64,000 nucleotides of DNA, from positions 109,631-173,630 of the forward strand of contig CAYPKD010000005.1 of the NCBI GenBank assembly GCA_964411255.1, given 5' to 3'. The notes beneath the pieces were generated by a model. The model made no database searches and was not told the origin of the DNA. It saw only the letters and a list, made by a program, of their open reading frames with translations. Position 1 is the first letter of the stretch. Each line of letters opens with the position of its first letter. The translations under genes and the position numbers were made by a program. This DNA comes from an uncultured Gammaproteobacteria bacterium (GTDB taxonomy: Bacteria > Patescibacteriota > Patescibacteriia > UBA11705 > DATKZF01). Of the stretch, positions 9,027 through 16,803 are shown piece after piece.

Positions 9027-9213
9027 ATTCTGGAGTATAAATTAGGGGGCTTATTTTAGGCAATATGCCCACAATTTTGCTTATCGGCCAGGTCAATGAA
9101 TGCAGCCCCTCCTCTGCAGTCTAGTGCCTGTGTTGGTAAGCAATATTGTGGATGGTATTGCCTCCACAGTTGAATCCCTAATGCCCTCTGGTATCTAGGG
9201 ATTCATTCTTTTT
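9027..9213 (+). ncRNA. Long rod-like RNA (6S-like or attenuator leader)
   Basis: Nested arms AGGCAATA/TATTGCCT, CCACAAT/ATTGTGG, TTGCTTATC/GGTAAGCAA, TGCAG/CTGCA; terminator TGAATCCCTA/TAGGGATTCA plus T tract. Confidence 0.55.
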
Positions 9214-9258
9214 GGAAGTAATTCGATCTAATATATTTCAAGAACAAGGAGAGAGACG

Positions 9259-9654
9259 ATGAGATTTTTTCTGCCAGCCTTGTTGACAGCTTTGAGCTGT
9301 CTGGCAGGTGCAGGATGCCATGTGCATTCAGCGCCATTGGTTCTCGAGGACCGGCCCGCAGTCTATGTGCGGCCGTACTATCGGCACGGGTATTACAATG
9401 ACAGGTATTATTACCGTCATTACCCTCGCTACCATCACACCACATATGTGCGGCCACATCGGACTGTTGTCCGATCAACGATCGTTCATCGACGACGACC
9501 AGTGGCGGTCGTGCATCGGCCGAGGACTGTAGTCCATCGAAAGGTGGTAGTCAAAAAGAACCGGCCGAGGCCGAAATATCACAAGCCTCGCCCAAGATCT
9601 GGCAAGCCTCGCGGCGTGACCTATCGGGGCAGAGGGCGTCGGACACGACGCTGA
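9259..9654 (+). CDS. Arg/His/Tyr-rich putative lipoprotein
   Basis: AAGGAG RBS, lipobox-like AGAGC, very basic low-complexity tail, GC-richer than surroundings, terminator at 9660-9690. Confidence 0.7.
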   Translation: MRFFLPALLTALSCLAGAGCHVHSAPLVLEDRPAVYVRPYYRHGYYNDRYYYRHYPRYHHTTYVRPHRTVVRSTIVHRRRPVAVVHRPRTVVHRKVVVKKNRPRPKYHKPRPRSGKPRGVTYRGRGRRTRR

Positions 9655-9659
9655 AAAAA

Positions 9660-9690
9660 AAGAGCGCTGATGAAAATTCTTCAGCGCTCT
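9660..9690 (+). terminator. Terminator hairpin
   Basis: AAGAGCGCTGA/TCAGCGCTCTT inverted repeat. Confidence 0.6.
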
Positions 9691-9740
9691 TAAATTTTAA
9701 ATAAAAGTATTTCTTTGGATATATTTTTAGTCTTTTCAAA

Positions 9741-9896
9741 ACAGGCCAAGGCCTGCGTTAGGCTTTGCAATGTTGGCTTGCGCCAAGTTACTTTTTGGCA
9801 CCAAAAAGTAACCAAAAAGTGCTGGGGGGCTTCAAATGCGAAGCATTGATTACGTTTGATGATCTTGCCAGGGGCAATCAGCCCCCCAGACCCCCG
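9741..9896. repeat. Dispersed palindromic intergenic element (long copy)
   Basis: First 41 nt match 61111-61151 at 35 positions; contains GTTACTTTTTGG/CCAAAAAGTAAC and CTGGGGGGCT/AGCCCCCCAG inverted repeats. Confidence 0.65.
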
Positions 9897-10005
9897 ATTC
9901 TTTCAAAGATAAAAAGTTCTGATTGTTGAGGCTCTTGTTTCGTAACTTTCGTATTGCCTAGAATAATTGAACCCATCGTCCTATGAGATTATTGGTAATC
10001 GAAAA

Positions 10006-10545
10006 TTATATAAAAGTTAGAATCTCTTCAATTGCCAGCTCAATAATTTTTTTTAATTTCTTTTTTTCTAAAATCGTGAAATTCCGTAAAACAAAACTTG
10101 TGACATCGCCCATTTTTTTTCTTTCTGGTCTGGCAATGCCAATCCGAAGTCTCCAAAAATCTTTTGAGCCCAATTGATTTATAATTGAATCAATACCTCT
10201 ATGGCCAGCTGATGATTTTTCTCTTTGCAATTTGTATTTGCCAAGTAAAATATCAATATCATCGTGGATTACCAGTAAATTTTTTAAATCAATTTTATAA
10301 TATTCAGCCAGCTTGCTTACTGTTTCACCAGATTTGTTCATAAAAGTCTGAGGTTTAGCTAAAATGATTGTTTGGTCGTTGATTTTTGCTTTTGAAATCC
10401 TGCTCTGGCTTTTTTTATCATCTTTCCAATTTGAAAAGTCTGCTTCTTTTTTTTGAAGCTTATCCAAAGTCATAAAGCCAACATTGTGTCTGGTGTTTTT
10501 ATATACTGTTCCTGGATTTCCCAGACCGATTATTAATTTAGTCAT
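10006..10545 (-). CDS. pth: Peptidyl-tRNA hydrolase
   Basis: LIIGLGNPG, TRHNVGF, KPQTFMN, VIHDD, RLRIGI. Confidence 0.97.
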   Translation of the reverse strand: MTKLIIGLGNPGTVYKNTRHNVGFMTLDKLQKKEADFSNWKDDKKSQSRISKAKINDQTIILAKPQTFMNKSGETVSKLAEYYKIDLKNLLVIHDDIDILLGKYKLQREKSSAGHRGIDSIINQLGSKDFWRLRIGIARPERKKMGDVTSFVLRNFTILEKKKLKKIIELAIEEILTFI

Positions 10546-10624
10546 ATATTTTAATGATTATTAGTTATTGGTCCTGGCTGCCGGTTTGGTCTAAGGTTAT
10601 TTGTTTTTCCAATGACTAAAAACA

Positions 10625-10663
10625 AATGACTATACTGGCTGCTATTCCCAACGACTAATGACT
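10625..10663 (-). repeat. Dispersed intergenic repeat
   Basis: Reverse complement closely matches 37067-37105 (core GCAGCCAGTATAGTCATT). Confidence 0.6.
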
Positions 10664-10678
10664 ATAAACTTATTTATT

Positions 10679-12058
10679 TTATTTTTTTGGTTTTTGTCTT
10701 TTTTCTAAAACTATTTTTAATCCGCTTAGATTCAAATCAAATTCTTTTTTCAGGTGATTTAATAAAAATCTTCTGTATTCAAAGCTTACTCTTTTTGGAT
10801 CATCAACTATTAAAGCAAAAGTTGGTGGATTAATACCCACCTGATTTATTTCATAAATAAAAGGTCTTTTAGCAAATTTTGATTTTGCTCGTGGTGGCTG
10901 TTTTTTTATCATCTTTTTAAAAAACCTATTTAAATCTTTTTGTAAAACAATTCTTTTTCTTTCCTCAATTTGCTCAGTAATCATTTCAAGTAGTTTAGGT
11001 ACCTTAAACCCTGACTTTGATGAAATGAATAATATAGGCATGTCTTTTAAATAGGGTAGATTTGCCTTATAATATTTAACATATTTATCCTGGGTTTTTA
11101 AATCTTTTTCCGGGATTAAATCCCATTTGTTTGCAATAATAATATAGCTTGAATGATGCTCTGAAATTAACTTTGTTAAACTTTTATCCTGAGTTGATAT
11201 TTTTTTTGAGCAATCAGTGATAAATAAAACCAGATCAGTTTCTTTTATTGTTTCCAGACTTTGCCTAATGCCTTGCCGTTCAAGCTGGCCTTTTACTTTA
11301 TTTTTTTTCCTAACTCCAGCAGTGTCAATGAATTCCAAATTATATTTTTTTCCTTTTTTTGATGTGTATTCAATTTCAATCAGCTGGCGGTCTCTGGTTG
11401 TGTGGGGTTTTTCACTGACAATAACTCTTTCTTCTCCAGCAATAGCATTTAAAAGCGACGATTTACCAACATTTGGTTTTCCAATCAGGCCAATGGTGGT
11501 TTTTTCACTTTGTTCTTTAATTTGCTGCTGCTTTTTCTTGGTCAGATTGAGTTTGTTCCAAACGATGTCCAGTAGATCACCAGTACCTCGGCCATTGGCA
11601 GCGGAAACCGGTATTGGCTCGCCTAGGCCTAATTTGTAAAAATCAGGCAGATTTGGGTCGTATTTTATTGAGTCGGATTTGTTGGCTACTAAGATGATGT
11701 TTTTTTTATTCTTAATCCTTAATTTTTTTACAAGTTTTCGGTCATTAGCTAAAATCCCTGCTTGAGCATCAACTAAAAATAAAATCAAATCAGCTTGCTT
11801 AATCGCTTTTTCTGCTTGGCTGAGTGACTGCTTATCAATTAGGTCTGGATCCTGGACATCCAGTCCGGCTATATCAACTACAGTAATGTATTGTCCTCGC
11901 CAAAGACATTCGCCATATTGGCGGTCGCGGGTTGTACCTTCGACATCTGATACTATTGCTTGTTTTGTTTCGGTTAAGGTATTGAATAAAGTTGATTTAC
12001 CTGTATTAACCCTGCCGACCAGCACCACGATTGGATTTTCTTTTTTTATTCTGGACAT
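10679..12058 (-). CDS. der: Ribosome biogenesis GTPase Der (EngA)
   Basis: Two G domains (GRVNTGKS, GKPNVGKS; DIAG/DTAG; NKSD/NKWD) and KH-like C-terminus. Confidence 0.96.
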   Translation of the reverse strand: MSRIKKENPIVVLVGRVNTGKSTLFNTLTETKQAIVSDVEGTTRDRQYGECLWRGQYITVVDIAGLDVQDPDLIDKQSLSQAEKAIKQADLILFLVDAQAGILANDRKLVKKLRIKNKKNIILVANKSDSIKYDPNLPDFYKLGLGEPIPVSAANGRGTGDLLDIVWNKLNLTKKKQQQIKEQSEKTTIGLIGKPNVGKSSLLNAIAGEERVIVSEKPHTTRDRQLIEIEYTSKKGKKYNLEFIDTAGVRKKNKVKGQLERQGIRQSLETIKETDLVLFITDCSKKISTQDKSLTKLISEHHSSYIIIANKWDLIPEKDLKTQDKYVKYYKANLPYLKDMPILFISSKSGFKVPKLLEMITEQIEERKRIVLQKDLNRFFKKMIKKQPPRAKSKFAKRPFIYEINQVGINPPTFALIVDDPKRVSFEYRRFLLNHLKKEFDLNLSGLKIVLEKRQKPKK

Positions 12059-12275
12059 AGTATTAAGAGGTTTAAGAGGGAGTTAGAAGGCGAAAGAGGT
12101 GAGATAGGAAAAGAGGTAAAGAAGGCTTTTCCAATATCCCACTGCTCATATCCTGATTCACATCCACCAATTAACAACCAACATCCTTTTTTTATTATAC
12201 CTTGCTGTGGCAAAATAAAAAAGGCCTTTAAGCCTTTTATTATAATTATTTTTTTAAAAAAGTCAATAATGATGA

Positions 12276-13676
12276 TTAGATATTTGAGCTATCCTGACCT
12301 AATATTATGTAAAAATCAGTTGATGGATTGGCCACTTTTTCTACCCAATCTGGAATGTCATTTGAAACATCAACATTGAATACGCTTTTTAGCACCTCAT
12401 TGGTTTCATCTTTATTTCCGTCAGTCAGATCGTAAATCACACTTTTATCATAATCCTGAGTCGGCGCATTGCCGATTTTTATAACTTCATAACCTAGGTT
12501 TTCCAGCTTTTCTGAAGTGCGTCCAGCCAGGCCGTTTGTTTTTGTACCGTTTTTTATTTCAATTTTGGCAGTTTCTTTTGTTTCAATTGTCTGTTCCTGT
12601 AAAAATATGTTATGAACAGCAAATTGAATATCTGAGAAATCTTCTTCTTTTGGCATCAGAACAGAGGCTTCCCCGTATTTTGTTCCGTATAGCAGTCCAT
12701 TAGGTCCGTCTTCCAAAACCAGGGTGATCATATTTTCAGTATCTAATTCCTGGGTTAGTTTTGCCAGGTGAACAATTTCCCAAATTTCCAAATTGGTGGA
12801 AGAGTTTTCGCTAAAGTTATTTAAAATTTTAGATATTTTTTTCGGACTTAAAAATGTTTTATATGATAAAGTTTTTTCCCTTACTGCCTTTATGATTTGT
12901 TGCTGTCTTTTGCTTCTGGCAAAGTCGCCAGATTCCCAATTATTGCCGTGTCTTGACCTTGCGTATTTTAAAGCATCATCACCATCCATTTTTTGTAATC
13001 CTTCGTCAAAATGCACTACCTGGTATTTATAATTTGGCGCTGGATATTCATAATCTGTAAAGGTCCTTTCGACATAGACTTCAATCCCGCCAATATCGTC
13101 AACAAAACTTTCAAAACCGTCAAAATCAATCTGGACAAAATAAGGAATTTCCATGTTTAAAATATTGGAAACAGTCTGGGTGGCAAAAATACCTCCAGTA
13201 CCGGAAGACCTGGCCTCAGCAAAGGCATACGCATTATTTATTTTGCCTTTACCAAATCCTGGTAATGTAACTAAAAGATCTCGAGGAATAGAAATCAAAG
13301 CTACTTTTTTTGCAGAAGGCTTAATACTTGCTACCATGATCGTATCTGTTAGATTTGCGCCGTCATGCCCATAGCCTCCGTTACCTAACAACAATATATT
13401 AATTCGATCTTCATCTTCTCCCTGTAATTGATTCTCATGCCCTTTTAGCAATTGCCCCATGTTTTTGAAAAATTTAAAACCAGCAAAGTCTGTTTTACCT
13501 CCGTCGGAGAAAATTACCTGGAATGAAAAGACAGCTGCAATGGTAATTAATATAATAAATAAGTAAATTATAAACTTACTTACTTTAAATATTTTTTTCC
13601 CCTTTGGTTGGAGATTGTCCTCTTTGCTTAACAAATTTATTTTGATTGCCGGATCTAGATGTGAATTTTTACTCAT
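12276..13676 (-). CDS. LCP (LytR-CpsA-Psr) family protein with LytR_C domain
   Basis: TM anchor, INILLLG, TDTIMV, SIPRDL, KINNAY, ARSRH, DFARSKRQQ, C-terminal NGTKTNGLA. Confidence 0.92.
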   Translation of the reverse strand: MSKNSHLDPAIKINLLSKEDNLQPKGKKIFKVSKFIIYLFIILITIAAVFSFQVIFSDGGKTDFAGFKFFKNMGQLLKGHENQLQGEDEDRINILLLGNGGYGHDGANLTDTIMVASIKPSAKKVALISIPRDLLVTLPGFGKGKINNAYAFAEARSSGTGGIFATQTVSNILNMEIPYFVQIDFDGFESFVDDIGGIEVYVERTFTDYEYPAPNYKYQVVHFDEGLQKMDGDDALKYARSRHGNNWESGDFARSKRQQQIIKAVREKTLSYKTFLSPKKISKILNNFSENSSTNLEIWEIVHLAKLTQELDTENMITLVLEDGPNGLLYGTKYGEASVLMPKEEDFSDIQFAVHNIFLQEQTIETKETAKIEIKNGTKTNGLAGRTSEKLENLGYEVIKIGNAPTQDYDKSVIYDLTDGNKDETNEVLKSVFNVDVSNDIPDWVEKVANPSTDFYIILGQDSSNI

Positions 13677-13808
13677 ATAAAGGATGCTTCATGGAATTAT
13701 TATAAGAGAAAAATTGTGATTTGGCAACTGTGAGTAATTTTATATTTGCTTTTACAGATATTTGATGATATAATAAAAATCAATAAATTTAGAAAAAATT
13801 GTAAAATT

Positions 13809-14423
13809 ATGACGAAAACAGTCGATAAAGACCCTTATCTAGCAAATAAAACAAAATCTAGACAAATTTTTGAATTTCTTTGGGATTTAGTAAAAGTAAT
13901 ATGTATCTCATTGGCAATAATTATTCCAGTTAGATATTTTTTAATACAGCCTTTTTATGTAAAGGGTGCATCAATGGAGCCAAACCTTCAGGATCATGAA
14001 TATTTAATTATAAATGAAGTTGGTTATCGGCTGGATGATCCTCAGAGAGGGGATGTAGTGGTTTTTAAATATCCATTGGATCAGTCGCAATTTTTTATTA
14101 AAAGAATTATCGGTCTGCCTGGTGAAAAAATTGAAATTAAAGACGGCATGGTATATTTATATGCAGAAGATGAAACAGGCAATGCCAGAAAATATGTTTT
14201 AGACGAGACTGATTATCTTGATCCGTCAGTAAAAACCCACGGTATAAAAACTTATTCATTGGGTAATGACGAGTATTTTATGTTAGGCGATAATCGATCC
14301 CAAAGTTTGGATTCACGTTCTTTTGGCCCTGTCTATGAGGATTTAATTATGGGAAAGGTTTGGTTTAGAGGCTGGCCGTTTAGTAAGTTTGATATTTTTG
14401 ATCAAATTGATTACGGCTTTTAA
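13809..14423 (+). CDS. lepB: Signal peptidase I
   Basis: GASMEP (Ser), FIKRIIGLPG (Lys), GDNRSQSLDSR; ATG at 13809 preferred over the upstream TTG. Confidence 0.95.
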   Translation: MTKTVDKDPYLANKTKSRQIFEFLWDLVKVICISLAIIIPVRYFLIQPFYVKGASMEPNLQDHEYLIINEVGYRLDDPQRGDVVVFKYPLDQSQFFIKRIIGLPGEKIEIKDGMVYLYAEDETGNARKYVLDETDYLDPSVKTHGIKTYSLGNDEYFMLGDNRSQSLDSRSFGPVYEDLIMGKVWFRGWPFSKFDIFDQIDYGF

Positions 14424-14442
14424 CTTTTAACTTTATTAATAT

Positions 14443-15759
14443 ATGCCACGACGAAAAAAATCAGACGAACCAGCAATAAAAATTAAAACAATAAAAACAC
14501 CGCAACTTGTTCGCGGAATGAAAGATTTATTGCCTGTTGATCAAAAGTATTGGAATTTTGTCCGGGATCATTTACGTGCTTTCGCTTCTGATTATAGTTA
14601 TAAAAGGGTTGATACTCCGGTTTTAGAAAATTCTATTTTGTTTTCCCATGCAGTTGGCAAACAGACTGACATTGTTGAAAAAGAAATGTTTGTATTTACT
14701 GATAAGGGCGGTGATAAATTAGTTTTAAAGCCAGAGGGCACTGCAGCAATTGCCAGAGCGTATATTGGTCATGGGATGCTAAATTTACCCCAGCCGGTAA
14801 AGCTTTATTATATGGCTCCGATGTTTCGACATGAAAGGCCTCAGGCTGGCAGACTTAGACAGTTTCATCAAATAGGCTTTGAAATAGTTGGCGATGCTGC
14901 ACCGGCTATTGACGCTGAACTGATCTCAATAGCATCCAGTTATTTTGAAGATATTGGAATTGAAATAAATGTGCAAATAAACAGCATTGGAGATTTATCC
15001 AGCCGTGATCAATATAAAAAAGCATTGGTTAATTATTATAAAAATAAAAAGGCATCATTATGTGCTGATTGTAAAAAAAGATTGCTTAAAAATCCACTTC
15101 GAGTTTTAGATTGTAAAAATCCTAAGTGCGCTAAGCTTAAGGAAAATGCGCCACAGACAGTAGATTATTTAAGCGATGATTCACGTAATCATTTTTTCAG
15201 AACATTGGAATATTTAGATGAATTACAAATACCTTATAACCTAAATCCATTTTTAGTCCGCGGGTTGGATTATTACAATAATACAGTTTTTGAAATTTGG
15301 GAAAAAGATGATGAAACCGGTCAATCAGCTCTTGGCGGAGGCGGCCGATATGATTATTTACTGGAGATGCTTGGCGGAAGGCCGACTCCTGCATGTGGCT
15401 TTGCCTTAGGGGTTGAAAGAATTATTACTACGATAAAAGAAAAGAAAGTAGAAGTGCCGGAAGATCCAAAACCCGATGTTTTTTTAGCTCAGATCGGGGA
15501 ACAAGCCAGAAGACGGGCAATGCACTTTTTTAAAGAGCTTAGAAATTCTGGGCTGAGAGTAGCTGCAAATTTTTCAAAAGCAAGTCTAAAAGCGCAATTA
15601 GACATCGCAAATAAAATGGGAGCCAGTTTTGTCTTGATTTTAGGCCAGCGCGAAATCGTAGATGAGACAATTTTAATGCGAGATATGGAAAGTGGTATTC
15701 AGGAAGTTGTAAATTATAAAAAAGTTATAAAAGAAGTTAAGAAAAAGCTTGGCAAATAG
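14443..15759 (+). CDS. hisS: Histidine--tRNA ligase
   Basis: RGMKD, KEMF, FRHERPQAGRLRQFHQ, LVRGLDYY, GGGRYD, GFALGVER. Confidence 0.98.
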   Translation: MPRRKKSDEPAIKIKTIKTPQLVRGMKDLLPVDQKYWNFVRDHLRAFASDYSYKRVDTPVLENSILFSHAVGKQTDIVEKEMFVFTDKGGDKLVLKPEGTAAIARAYIGHGMLNLPQPVKLYYMAPMFRHERPQAGRLRQFHQIGFEIVGDAAPAIDAELISIASSYFEDIGIEINVQINSIGDLSSRDQYKKALVNYYKNKKASLCADCKKRLLKNPLRVLDCKNPKCAKLKENAPQTVDYLSDDSRNHFFRTLEYLDELQIPYNLNPFLVRGLDYYNNTVFEIWEKDDETGQSALGGGGRYDYLLEMLGGRPTPACGFALGVERIITTIKEKKVEVPEDPKPDVFLAQIGEQARRRAMHFFKELRNSGLRVAANFSKASLKAQLDIANKMGASFVLILGQREIVDETILMRDMESGIQEVVNYKKVIKEVKKKLGK

Positions 15760-15762
15760 CAT

Positions 15763-15791
15763 TTGACAGACATAATAATTTAAACTAAACT
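15763..15791 (+). promoter_or_regulatory. rpsU promoter
   Basis: TTGACA-17 nt-TAAACT. Confidence 0.6.
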
Positions 15792-15834
15792 TGATTAGGT
15801 AAATAATAAATTAAAGAAAGGACGGTGAATTGAA

Positions 15835-16080
15835 ATGGCCGAGGTAAGAAGAAAAAAAGGCGAGAGTTTTGAATCTTTTATAAGGCGATTCAATCGAAAA
15901 TTAATGGAAAGCGGCAAAATACTTCAATTTAAAAAGGTTAAGTATTTGCAGCCGAAGAAAAGTAGAAATTTAGGAAAGAAGAGCGCATTGGTAAAACTGT
16001 CAAAACAAAAGCAAAGGGAATATTTAAAAAAAATAGGCCGTTTGCCAGAAGACGATACGCCATACCGGCGGCGTAGATAA
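15835..16080 (+). CDS. rpsU: 30S ribosomal protein bS21
   Basis: EVRRKKGESFESFIRRF motif, basic, upstream of yqeY. Confidence 0.9.
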   Translation: MAEVRRKKGESFESFIRRFNRKLMESGKILQFKKVKYLQPKKSRNLGKKSALVKLSKQKQREYLKKIGRLPEDDTPYRRRR

Positions 16081-16084
16081 ATAC

Positions 16085-16525
16085 ATGTCAATAAAAGAAA
16101 AAATTGAAAAAGACTTTTTAGAAGCAGCACGCGCAAAAGATAAAGTGCGTTTAGCTACTTTAAGGCTGATAAAATCTTCTCTGGAAAATAAAAGAATTGA
16201 AAAAATGAAAGATTTAACAGATGAAGATTCAATGGCTGTATTAAAAACTGAAGCTAAAAAAAGAAAGGAAGCTATCGAGTCATTTGAATCTGGTGGGCGA
16301 GAAGAAATGGCAAAAGCAGAAAAAGCCGAACTTGTCATAATTGAAGGCTATTTGCCAGAACAAATGTCAGAAGAAGAAGTTGAAAAAAAGATAAGAGAAG
16401 TAGTTGAAAAAATACCAGAGGAAGAAAGAGATTTTGGAAAAGTAATGGGAATGGCAATGAAGGAGTTGAAAGGACAAGCAGATGGACAAATAGTAAATCA
16501 AATTGTAAAAAAAATACTTGAATAA
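16085..16525 (+). CDS. yqeY: GatB/YqeY domain protein
   Basis: KKRKEAIESF..GGREE, YLPEQMSEEE, GKVMG, ADG; rpsU-yqeY synteny. Confidence 0.9.
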   Translation: MSIKEKIEKDFLEAARAKDKVRLATLRLIKSSLENKRIEKMKDLTDEDSMAVLKTEAKKRKEAIESFESGGREEMAKAEKAELVIIEGYLPEQMSEEEVEKKIREVVEKIPEEERDFGKVMGMAMKELKGQADGQIVNQIVKKILE

Positions 16526-16551
16526 AAAAACGGCCTAAGGGCCGTTTTTTT
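16526..16551 (+). terminator. Intrinsic terminator
   Basis: AAAACGGCC-TAAG-GGCCGTTTTTTT. Confidence 0.75.
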
Positions 16552-16803
16552 AAAAGCAAAAAGTAAAAAGGAAAAAGCAAAAAATACCCTGAGGATAACT
16601 TAGGCTATTTTTTTTGAATAAATGTCAAAAATATTGTAAAATATGTATTAAGAAGGCATAAGATGGCTTAAGGGGGCAAAGGAGACATAGAGGTAAAGAA
16701 GGCTTCTCCAATGATCAATATTTTTATATATTGAAAATCTTGTATATCTTGTAATCTGTACTATCTTGTATGTAAACCTCGTAATCTTGTAACAAAAATT
16801 TAA

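Noticed and set aside
9044-9110. SRP (4.5S) RNA, suggested by a GGGGGC start and CAGGTC...GCAGCC
   Set aside because: No GGAA/GNRA tetraloop helix between the motifs, and these bases pair elsewhere in the long hairpin
9065-9124. 19-aa ORF MPTILLIGQVNECSPSSAV
   Set aside because: Start is buried in the long stem with no well-placed SD; structure explains the region better
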